Shown here one piece after another: positions 9,664 through 17,707 of a stretch of 64,000 nt of DNA (its first letter is position 1; every line of letters begins with the position of its first letter). Origin of the DNA: an uncultured Candidatus Binatia bacterium (GTDB lineage: Bacteria > Desulfobacterota > Binatia > UBA9968 > JAJDTQ01); contig OZ244070.1 in NCBI GenBank assembly GCA_965215605.1, forward strand, positions 2,688,001 through 2,752,000. Reading direction: 5' to 3'. Both the position numbers and the translations under genes were made by a program. Below the pieces are notes generated by a model. It was not told the DNA's origin and did no database searches. It saw only the letters and a list, made by a program, of their open reading frames with translations.

Positions 9664-10812
9664 CTACCGGAGCGCGCGCTCCAATCTCTCCCGCCACGGC
9701 TCGAATTCCCGGCACCACCCTTCGTTACGACGGGCCAGCAGGTAGCCGTGGGCGGCTTCCAGCGCGGCGCGTTCCGGCTCGGGCAATGTCGCCGCGGCGT
9801 CGGCGTCCGCGTCCCTTTCACAGAATCGCCTGAGGGCGCGCCAGTGGTCCAGGTTGACTTCACCGAACCGCTCCATCACGGCCGTCTCCCAGCTCGCCTC
9901 CGGGTCGTAATCCGCCGGGGCCCGCGCGTAGTCGAAGCAGGTGGCCATGGGAACGAAGCTCAGTTCTTCCTGCAAGAGCGGGTTGGCCAGGTGCGCGTGC
10001 ACCCGTTCCGGCAGCCGCGGGTCCCGGCCGGTGAGGGGTCCGATGTGCATTTCGTCGGCCATGGTGAGATCGTTGACCGGGTAGTTGTCCCAGAACAGCA
10101 GCCGGTGCCCCATCCTGTCGCCCATCTCCGCCATGTGGTCCAGGGTGACGCTCGCCGGCACCACCTTGGGCCCGGTCCAGAAGCAGGGCACCTGCGCCGG
10201 CAGGTAGCGCCCGACGGTCTCGGGGAAGCCGGTCTCGAACTCGCCGAAGACCCGGGCCAGCAAGGGGTCGGGGGTGTAGTACGAGGGGCAGAACCACCAC
10301 TCCGCGTCCCAGTCCGCGGGCTGTCGTTCCAGCACCGCCTCCAGCCAGAGGGACTCCGCCTTGGCCAGGCTGCCGTCGAACCTCCTCACGTCGCCGGCGT
10401 CCGTCAGGTGAGAAGGGATGTCGTCGAACAGCACCGCGAAGGTGTGCACGCCCCGGTCGTAGAGCCGCGCCGCCTTGTCGAGCAGAACCCCCACCGGTCC
10501 GGCGGCCGTGAAGCACAGGTCCTTGCCAGGGTGAAAGCCGTAGACGAAGTCGATGCCGTGGGCCCGGGCCGTGTCGATGAGCCCGCACAGCTCCCGCCAC
10601 TGCGGCTCGGGGTAGGGGAGTTGCCAGCGCTCGCGGTGGTAGGGGTCGTCCTTGGGCGCGTAGAGGTAGGTGTTCATGCCGCGCGCGGCGCCGAACGCGA
10701 ACATCGCCGCGCGGTGCGCCATGCTCCACGGGGGACCGAAGAAGCCTTCAACGATCCCCCGCCGCTCGAATGTCGCTATGGATTCAGTGTCCTGTCCGAC
10801 CGGGGATTTCAC
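9664..10812 (-). CDS. GH84 beta-N-acetylglucosaminidase (O-GlcNAcase-like), no signal peptide
   Basis: VEGFFGPPW, YLYAPKDDPYHR, catalytic LFDDI, FWTG, WDNYPVND; GTGA overlap with upstream gene. Confidence 0.87.
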   Translation of the reverse strand: MKSPVGQDTESIATFERRGIVEGFFGPPWSMAHRAAMFAFGAARGMNTYLYAPKDDPYHRERWQLPYPEPQWRELCGLIDTARAHGIDFVYGFHPGKDLCFTAAGPVGVLLDKAARLYDRGVHTFAVLFDDIPSHLTDAGDVRRFDGSLAKAESLWLEAVLERQPADWDAEWWFCPSYYTPDPLLARVFGEFETGFPETVGRYLPAQVPCFWTGPKVVPASVTLDHMAEMGDRMGHRLLFWDNYPVNDLTMADEMHIGPLTGRDPRLPERVHAHLANPLLQEELSFVPMATCFDYARAPADYDPEASWETAVMERFGEVNLDHWRALRRFCERDADADAAATLPEPERAALEAAHGYLLARRNEGWCREFEPWRERLERALR

Positions 10813-11933
10813 TGGCCCGTGTTGTAGAGCCGCGCGCAGTTGTCCCAGAGGTACTTCCGCTTGGAATCGTCGGAGAACGGCATCTCCAGGAAAGTATCCA
10901 GCGAGTGCGGATACTTGACGTCCAGGTGCGGATAGTCGGTGGAGAACACCACGTTGTCCTCCAGGCCGAAGTCCGGGATGTACTTGGCGGTGATCTCGTC
11001 GCATTCGACGGCGCCAAAGCACTGGCGCTGGAAATACTCCAGCGGCTCGAGCTTGAGGTCCGGGTACTCGGCCTTGCCCACCGATTCCATGTAGTCCCCC
11101 ATGCGATACAGGAGCCACGGGAGCCAGGAGCAGTTGCCTTCCAGGAAGGCCACGCGCAGCTTGGGGAAGCGCTCCATGACGCCGCCATAGATCATGTCCG
11201 CGCACGCGAACATGTTGGCCAGCGGAAAGCTCAGGGTGTTGAACATGGAGAACGACGGAATGAACTGAGAGATGGCGGGCTGGGGCTGGTAGACGCGCCC
11301 GGCTTCGTGGAAGCCCACCGGCACGTTCAGGTCCTGGCACACCTCCCACAGCGGATCGTAGTAGGGGTCGCTCCAGCACAGTCCGTTGGTCTGGTTGGGG
11401 CGCATGAAGACGCCCCGGAAGCCCTTTTCGTTCACCGTGCGCCTGGTCTCGGCCACCGCCGCCTCGACGTTCTGGGGCGGCACCATGGCGACGCACACCA
11501 TGCGCTCGGGCGCGGCTTGCGAGAAGTCGTAGAGCCAGTCGTTATAGGCCCGGGAAATGGCCGCGGCCAGCTCCGGGTCGAGGCCGTCGATGCCGAGCAC
11601 GAAGAGGCCGCGGGTGGGGAACAGGAACGCCACGTCGAGCCCTTCCTTGTCCATGGCCATGACCTGGCTGACGCCGTCGAAGTCGCGCGCGGCCACGTCG
11701 GCGTATTTCTCCTTCAGGGTGCTCAGGCGGTAGTCCCTGAGGCCCGGGTTTTCCGGCCGCCTCGGGATCGGCAGGATCTTCCCTTCGACCTCCACGCCGA
11801 GGTCCCGGAAGTCGCGTTGCAGGCCCTTGGGCGCGCGGTCCTTGAACTCCGGATCGATGTAGCGGTCCCACAGGTCATGGGGCTCGAACACGTGCATATC
11901 GGAGTCCATTGCCTTGAAGCCTTGTTTCGCCAT
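10809..11933 (-). CDS. Amidohydrolase family protein (Amidohydro_2)
   Basis: DSDMHVFEP, VGFHE, FLEG, FSTDYPH. Confidence 0.88.
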   Translation of the reverse strand: MAKQGFKAMDSDMHVFEPHDLWDRYIDPEFKDRAPKGLQRDFRDLGVEVEGKILPIPRRPENPGLRDYRLSTLKEKYADVAARDFDGVSQVMAMDKEGLDVAFLFPTRGLFVLGIDGLDPELAAAISRAYNDWLYDFSQAAPERMVCVAMVPPQNVEAAVAETRRTVNEKGFRGVFMRPNQTNGLCWSDPYYDPLWEVCQDLNVPVGFHEAGRVYQPQPAISQFIPSFSMFNTLSFPLANMFACADMIYGGVMERFPKLRVAFLEGNCSWLPWLLYRMGDYMESVGKAEYPDLKLEPLEYFQRQCFGAVECDEITAKYIPDFGLEDNVVFSTDYPHLDVKYPHSLDTFLEMPFSDDSKRKYLWDNCARLYNTGQ

Positions 11934-11999
11934 GTCTGCCTCCTCCGCAAACGAAATTGGCCCCCCGGGCGGGGCGGCTTGCGGTGCCGGAATGCCCGA

Positions 12000-12028
12000 A
12001 TCGTAGGCTGTTGCCGGTGGGCTGTCAA
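12000..12028 (-). promoter_or_regulatory. Sigma70-type promoter for amidohydrolase-GH84-senA-senB
   Basis: TTGACA-N17-TACGAT on minus strand about 66 nt upstream of the ATG at 11933. Confidence 0.65.
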
Positions 12029-12090
12029 GCGGGCACCCGGCTCTCCCGGCATGCCGAGAGCGGGGTCGAAGCCGGGCGGTCGGGTTTGCG

Positions 12091-12888
12091 CTAGCGCCAC
12101 CGAAGCATGGTCTTCTCCGCCTTGCCGATGAGCCAGCTCACGGTCAGGCCCATGATGGACAGCAGCGCGGCGCCGGCTATGAGCTCGTCGGTGGCCATGA
12201 GGTTGCCGGCCAGCAGGATGTAGGCGCCGACGCCGAACTCGGCGCCGATCATCTCGGCGGCCACCAGCAGGATGATGGCGATGGAGGTGGAGATGCGGAA
12301 GCCCGACAGGATCGCCGGCATGGCGCCGGGCAGGATGATCTTGCGCACGATGGAGAACCACGTGAGGTCGAACGACTGGCCCATGCGGATCAGGGTCCGG
12401 TCCACGTTGTCGACGCCGCCGTACACCGAGATGACGGTGGGAAAGAACGTGCCGAAGAAGATGGTCGCCACCTTGGATTCCTCGCCGATGCCGAACCAGA
12501 TGATGAAAAGGGGCAGCAGCGCGATCTTCGGAATCGGGAAGATGGCGGCCACGAACGGGACGATGCCCGCCCGGGCAAGGGAAAACAGTCCGGCGGCGAA
12601 GCCCACCAGGAGGCCGGTGACGGTACCCAGCGTCCAGCCCAGAAGCAGGCGCTGGAGGGACGCGGCCAGATGCAGCCAGAGTTGGCCGGTCTTCAACAGG
12701 TAGAAGAGAGCCGCGATGGCTTGGCTGGGCGCGGGCGCCATGAGATCGCTGATCCAACCGGCCCGGGAGGCGATTTCCCAAACGCCGATGAGCGCCGCGA
12801 AGACCAGCGGGCCCACCACGCCCACCGGCCTGGGCTGGAAACCGCCGCCCCGATAGGGCACCGGCGAGCCGCCGGCAGCCTCAGACAT
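12091..12888 (-). CDS. ABC transporter permease (NitT/TauT/SsuC family)
   Basis: PIPKIALLPLFIIWFGIGE, VAAEMIGA; hydrophobic. Confidence 0.9.
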   Translation of the reverse strand: MSEAAGGSPVPYRGGGFQPRPVGVVGPLVFAALIGVWEIASRAGWISDLMAPAPSQAIAALFYLLKTGQLWLHLAASLQRLLLGWTLGTVTGLLVGFAAGLFSLARAGIVPFVAAIFPIPKIALLPLFIIWFGIGEESKVATIFFGTFFPTVISVYGGVDNVDRTLIRMGQSFDLTWFSIVRKIILPGAMPAILSGFRISTSIAIILLVAAEMIGAEFGVGAYILLAGNLMATDELIAGAALLSIMGLTVSWLIGKAEKTMLRWR

Positions 12889-13648
12889 GGACGATCTCCT
12901 GGTCCGCGGCCAGCGCCTCTTCCCGCATGAGCTCCCAGAGATAGCGCTGGCGGTCCCACAACATGCCGGACTGCCCCTTGCGCTCTTCCAGCGGCACGTC
13001 CAGCTCCACGACCTCGCGGATGCGCCCGGGCCGCCGCGACAGCACCACGATCTTGTGGCCGAGCCGGACCGCCTCCTCGAGGTTGTGCGTCACGTAGCAC
13101 GCGGTGAAACGCTCGCGCAGCCAGAGGTCCAGGAGGTCGTCGAGGAGCAATTCCCGGGTCTGGCCGTCCAGTGAGGACAGGGGCTCGTCCATCAGGAGAC
13201 AGGCCGGCCGCACCGCCAGCGCCCGGGCGATGGCCACCCGCTGCTTCATGCCTCCGGAGAGCTGCTTGGGAAAGGCGTCGCGGAAATCCGAGAGCTTGGT
13301 CCGGGCGAGGACGTCGTCGATGATGGCATCGGCCTGGCCCCGCGAGAGGCCGTGCCTTTCCAGCACCAGGGAGATGTTGCCGGCGGCCGAGCGCCACGGC
13401 AGCAGGGCGAAGTCCTGGAATATGTAGGTCAGCGGATTGAGGCTGTCGGGCGGCGGCGGGCTCATCTGCCGGACGGCGCCCCGGGTCGGGCGCTCCAGCC
13501 CGCCCAGGAACCGCAGCAGCGTCGACTTGCCGCACCCGGACGGTCCGATGATGCAGACGATCTGCCCCGAGCCGATACGCAGGTCGATGTCTGTCAGGAC
13601 CTCCGTCCGGCCATACCAGTGGCTGATGTTGTCGACGTGGATGTCCAT
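12881..13648 (-). CDS. ABC transporter ATP-binding protein (NitT/TauT family)
   Basis: GPSGCGKST, LSGGMKQR, LLMDEP, VTHN. Confidence 0.93.
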   Translation of the reverse strand: MDIHVDNISHWYGRTEVLTDIDLRIGSGQIVCIIGPSGCGKSTLLRFLGGLERPTRGAVRQMSPPPPDSLNPLTYIFQDFALLPWRSAAGNISLVLERHGLSRGQADAIIDDVLARTKLSDFRDAFPKQLSGGMKQRVAIARALAVRPACLLMDEPLSSLDGQTRELLLDDLLDLWLRERFTACYVTHNLEEAVRLGHKIVVLSRRPGRIREVVELDVPLEERKGQSGMLWDRQRYLWELMREEALAADQEIVHV

Positions 13649-13661
13649 CCACTCACCGCGC

Positions 13662-13703
13662 CCCGCCGGGGAGGAAAGCCGCGCCGCTTCCCTCCCCGAC
13701 GGG
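13662..13703. other. Intercistronic stem-loop between binding-protein and ATPase genes
   Basis: CCCGCCGGGGAGGAAAGC / GCTTCCCTCCCCGACGGG near-perfect inverted repeat. Confidence 0.55.
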
Positions 13704-13711
13704 TCCCACCG

Positions 13712-14746
13712 CTACTTCTTCACGAAGCTGGTGTCGATGTAGTCCTCGGTGGTCAGCGACTTCGGGGCGAAGCCGTGGGTCTGGAACCACGCCAGTTGCC
13801 GCTTCAGATCGGCAATGTCGAGGGCGGCGTCCTCGGTCATGTAGACAGCGCCCGCCTTGATGGAGGGCGCCGCCTTTGCCCGCGGCCGGGACGTGTAGAC
13901 ATACTTGTGAATGACGTCCACCAGGGCCTCGGTGGCGGCGGGGTCCTTCTTCTGGTCGAGCATGACCGCCCGGTAGTCGGCGATGCCCTTGCGGTAGGCG
14001 CCAAGGAAGCGCTCGACCTTGCCGCGTTGGTTCTTGACGTTGTCGGTGGAGGTGAAGATCGTCGTCACCTGGTAGCTGCCCAGGTCACGGATCCAGCCGA
14101 TGATCTTGGCGGCGCCGGCCTTGCTGAGCGGAATCGCCACGTGGGGCACCATGGCCATGGCGTCCACCTGGCCCGATTTGACCGCTCCGATCATCGCCGG
14201 GACTTTCTGAAGCGGCTTGACCTTGACGTCGGCGAGGCCGAACCCGTGCTTGGCGCCGATCATGCCGATCATGTAGTGGAAGGACGAGCCCTGCTGCGTC
14301 ATGGCCCAACTGCGGCCCTTGACGGCTTCGGGTGAGGTGAGCCCTTCCTTGTAGGCCTTGTTGGAGGCCATGACGGCCATGCCGTTGTGCTTGGGGTCCT
14401 CGGTGTAGAGGCCGCCGATGACCTTGAGCGCGCCCTTGCCCGCGAGGTTGTAGAAACCCCCGGTGAGGGCGGTGACGCCGAAGTCGATGTCACCCGAAGC
14501 GATGGCCACGGCGATGGGCTGGGCCGCCTGGAAGAACTTGAGCTCGACGTCGAGACCTTCCTTCTTGAAGTAGCCCCTTTCCTTGGCGATGAACGTGGGC
14601 GAATGCGAGGTGAAGCGCAACGCGCCGATGGTGATCTTTTCCGCCGCGGCCTCGTTCGCCCACAGGGCGGCCAGGCCGAGCAACGCGATCCCGGCGAGGC
14701 TGCCCGCGGACCATCGCCACCCCGTTTTGTCGGTTCTCTTGAGCAT
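13712..14746 (-). CDS. ABC substrate-binding protein (NMT1/SsuA/TauA family)
   Basis: AGGAGG RBS, signal peptide, IAKERGYFKKEGLDVE motif. Confidence 0.88.
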   Translation of the reverse strand: MLKRTDKTGWRWSAGSLAGIALLGLAALWANEAAAEKITIGALRFTSHSPTFIAKERGYFKKEGLDVELKFFQAAQPIAVAIASGDIDFGVTALTGGFYNLAGKGALKVIGGLYTEDPKHNGMAVMASNKAYKEGLTSPEAVKGRSWAMTQQGSSFHYMIGMIGAKHGFGLADVKVKPLQKVPAMIGAVKSGQVDAMAMVPHVAIPLSKAGAAKIIGWIRDLGSYQVTTIFTSTDNVKNQRGKVERFLGAYRKGIADYRAVMLDQKKDPAATEALVDVIHKYVYTSRPRAKAAPSIKAGAVYMTEDAALDIADLKRQLAWFQTHGFAPKSLTTEDYIDTSFVKK

Positions 14747-14827
14747 CTGAATCCTCCTTTGTTGGAACATGAAAGGCTGTTGTTGCCGCCTTCCCCTGGA
14801 ACAGGGACGCCAGAAAGCATCGTCATA

Positions 14828-16102
14828 TCACGAGAATCGGAAAACTTCCGCACGGTCCAGGATGGCGCCTTGATCGGCCAGCGCCCGGCGGACGTCGGCG
14901 GCTTGCCAGAGGCTTCCGTTGGCTGCGTGGGCCGCGGCCACGCCGGCCGCATGGCCGGTGGCGAAGGCCGTGCCCATGACCCGGATGGCGGCCCCCGCGA
15001 GCCGGTCTCCGTCCGCGACCCGGCCCGCCGCGAACAGGTTCGGGGTGTCCCGGCTGGTCAGACAGGACAGCGGAATGTCGTAGGAGAGTCTTTCCGGGGG
15101 GTAGTCGTAGGTGCTGGCATAGGTCTCGCGGTCGTGCCACTCCGCGCCCCAGGCGCCCAGCGCGATACAGTCGTCGAAGCGCTTGCTCTCCTCCACGTCC
15201 CGCCACCTGAACTGGCGGACCGACTCGATGTGCCGCGATTCGCGGGTTCCGAACTCGTGTCCGGTGGCCACCAGGTAGGCGCCCTCGCAACCCGGGATGG
15301 TGCGAATGGCCTTGAGATAGGTCCATGCCTGCTTTCGTCCGTTACGTTCCGCCCTGGAAAGCGACAGAACATCCCGCGGGTCATAGTCTTCGGAGACCAG
15401 GTAACACGCCAGATCGCCGGAATGCGGCAGGCGGGCGATAACGCCGCGTTCCTTGGTGACGAGCTTGCGGTCGGGTCCCAGCCGTGCCACCGCGGCCGCG
15501 ATGTCGTCAGCCGTGACCGTCACCTCGGCGGGTATGCCGCCGAAACGCGTGCCGAGGCTTCCGAGATTGACGCCGTCGTGATTGCCGTAGCGGGTGCCGG
15601 CGCCGGCGTGGACCGCCAGACACCCTTCGCCGGTGCAGTCGACGAACGCGGCGGCGCCGACTTGATGGAGTCCCGCATGGTCCGCCACGGTCACGGTCGT
15701 TATCACGCCGTCCTCGCGGTCGGCGGCCGCCACCATCGTGCCAAGCATGACGGTCACCCCGGCCTCCTGACATATATCGTCCAGGACCACCTTCACCGCC
15801 TCGGGATCGAATACCGCGAAGACGCCGCGAAAGCGGAACGGCCCGGTGATGGCGTTACGCTGTTTGAGGCGGCCTACGACCTCGCCGCCGACGCCGCCCA
15901 CCACCATCTTCGGGTGTTCGTCCAGCGTGTACAGGCCGCAGTACGTCAGGACGTTGCGCATCGTCGAGGCCCCGCCCAGGCAGTAGTAGCGTTCAATCAA
16001 CAGCGTCCGCGCGCCGCTTCTCGCGCTGCCCACCGCGGCGCCGACTCCCGCGCTGCCGCCTCCCGCGACGATCACATCGAAACGTTCTTTCGCTTTTTCC
16101 AA
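14828..16102 (-). CDS. FAD-dependent oxidoreductase
   Basis: DVIVAGGGSAG, DCTGEG, RESRHI, YDIPLSCL, NLFAAGR; TTG start after GAGG inferred. Confidence 0.85.
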   Translation of the reverse strand: MEKAKERFDVIVAGGGSAGVGAAVGSARSGARTLLIERYYCLGGASTMRNVLTYCGLYTLDEHPKMVVGGVGGEVVGRLKQRNAITGPFRFRGVFAVFDPEAVKVVLDDICQEAGVTVMLGTMVAAADREDGVITTVTVADHAGLHQVGAAAFVDCTGEGCLAVHAGAGTRYGNHDGVNLGSLGTRFGGIPAEVTVTADDIAAAVARLGPDRKLVTKERGVIARLPHSGDLACYLVSEDYDPRDVLSLSRAERNGRKQAWTYLKAIRTIPGCEGAYLVATGHEFGTRESRHIESVRQFRWRDVEESKRFDDCIALGAWGAEWHDRETYASTYDYPPERLSYDIPLSCLTSRDTPNLFAAGRVADGDRLAGAAIRVMGTAFATGHAAGVAAAHAANGSLWQAADVRRALADQGAILDRAEVFRFS

Positions 16103-16342
16103 TGGGGCCTCGAATCGCGTGCTTGTGGAGGGTGACAAGGTAATGGCTGGGGTGCCGGAAGTCCAGTCGCCGGGAAGCGCGCAGGCTGTCGTGGAAGGAC
16201 GGTTGCCCCTCCCCGGCAAAAGCCCTATTCTGGAATGGCTCGAATCAGCGTGCTTCGAACCGGCTGGACTGCAGGGAACCCCTGTCGTCAAATGTTCACG
16301 GACTCCTGTTTCCCCAAATCCGACCATCTGTACAACAACGAC

Positions 16343-17707
16343 ATGGCACCCCCCGCCCCACGCCTTCATTTCATGACGCGGATGGCCGTAGCGGCCGGCT
16401 GCCTGCTGACTCTCTCCCCGTGGGTGATCGAGGAGGCCCGCTCCCAGCGCTGGGGGGCGCGCCCGACGGCGGTCAAGACGGCGCCGGTGGTATCGAAGGC
16501 GATCCCCGAGGAGGTCTCCTTCATCGGCACCATCGAGCCGAATGTCGCCACCACGGTAGCCGCGGTGATTTCCGGGGGGGTGGCGGCGGCCGGTTTCCGG
16601 GAGGGCGACGCCGTCACGGCGGGCAAGACCATTCTGCTCGAGGTCGACCGGGGCCGTCGGGAGATCGCGTTACGGGAACGCACGGCCGCGGTGACGCGCG
16701 CCAAGAAGCAATGGGAGAAGGTAAGGGAGGGATCCCGCTCGGAGGAGGTGGCGCAACGGGTTGCCGGGGCCAAGGAGCAGGAGGCGCACCTGCGGCACGC
16801 GCGGCGCGACCTGGAACGCGCCCGACGGCTTCACGACAACCAGCTCATCAGCCTCGCGGAGTTTCAGAAGGTCGAGAGCGATTACGTAGCCACGCGGGAG
16901 AAGTTCGGCAGCGCCGAGGCCGCCTTGAAGCTCACCCGCTCCGGCGCCCGGGCCGAGGATATCGCCATGGCCGAGGCCGGGCACGAGGAAGCCCGGGCGC
17001 GCCTGGACGCGGTGGCTTACGAGATCGACAAGAGCACGCTGCTGGCGCCCATCTCCGGGTTCATCGTCAAGAAGCACGTGGACGTGGGCGACTGGGTGAA
17101 CGCGGGCGAGCCGGTGGCGGATCTCGTGGACCTGGATCCGGTTTTTGCCGCCGGGCCCGTGGGAGAGCGCAAGATCGCGCTGCTGCGCGCGGGCCTTCCG
17201 GCCACGGTGACGCTGGACGCCTTCCCGGACGAGGTCTTCGCCGGGGAGGTGGCCCGCATCGTTCCCCAGGCGGACACGCGCAGCCGCAGCTTCCCGGTGA
17301 AGGTCCGGCTGTCCAACGCGCGCGGACGGCTCAAGGCCGGAATGCTGGCGCGCGTCGTGGTGATCGTGGCCAGCGGCGAGCCGAGCGTGCTCGTGCCCAA
17401 GGACGCGGTGGTGCGGCGCGGGCCGGACGAGCTGGTCTTCGTCGTGTCGAACGGCCAGGCCAGGGCGGTGAAGGTCAGCACCGGGCGGGGCTACCGCGCG
17501 CTGCTGGAAATCGCCGGCGGCGACCTCAAGCCCGGCCAGCGGGTGGTGACGCTGGGCAACGAGGTGCTGCGGGACGGCGCCAAGGTTCAGTTCGGCAACG
17601 GGGCCAGGCCCGGAGGGATGCCGGGTGGACGACCCGGGGGAGGACCGGGAGCGAGGTCCGGCCCGCCTGGGGCCAAATCCGATTCGAGGCGGGATGGGAA
17701 TCGTTGA
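16343..17707 (+). CDS. RND efflux periplasmic adaptor (membrane fusion protein)
   Basis: APISGFI, LKAGM, VPKDAV motifs with long helical hairpin; start uncertain. Confidence 0.88.
   Translation: MAPPAPRLHFMTRMAVAAGCLLTLSPWVIEEARSQRWGARPTAVKTAPVVSKAIPEEVSFIGTIEPNVATTVAAVISGGVAAAGFREGDAVTAGKTILLEVDRGRREIALRERTAAVTRAKKQWEKVREGSRSEEVAQRVAGAKEQEAHLRHARRDLERARRLHDNQLISLAEFQKVESDYVATREKFGSAEAALKLTRSGARAEDIAMAEAGHEEARARLDAVAYEIDKSTLLAPISGFIVKKHVDVGDWVNAGEPVADLVDLDPVFAAGPVGERKIALLRAGLPATVTLDAFPDEVFAGEVARIVPQADTRSRSFPVKVRLSNARGRLKAGMLARVVVIVASGEPSVLVPKDAVVRRGPDELVFVVSNGQARAVKVSTGRGYRALLEIAGGDLKPGQRVVTLGNEVLRDGAKVQFGNGARPGGMPGGRPGGGPGARSGPPGAKSDSRRDGNR

Noticed and set aside
9664-11496. 610-aa N-terminally extended GH84, and similar extensions of egtD, GFA, slt, secG and P450
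   Set aside because: The extensions overlap real neighbouring genes in other frames and are high-GC open-frame artefacts.
7244-12000. Selenocysteine read-through or SECIS near the sen genes
   Set aside because: No in-frame TGA interrupts a recognisable domain, and the hairpin at 8240 is intergenic.
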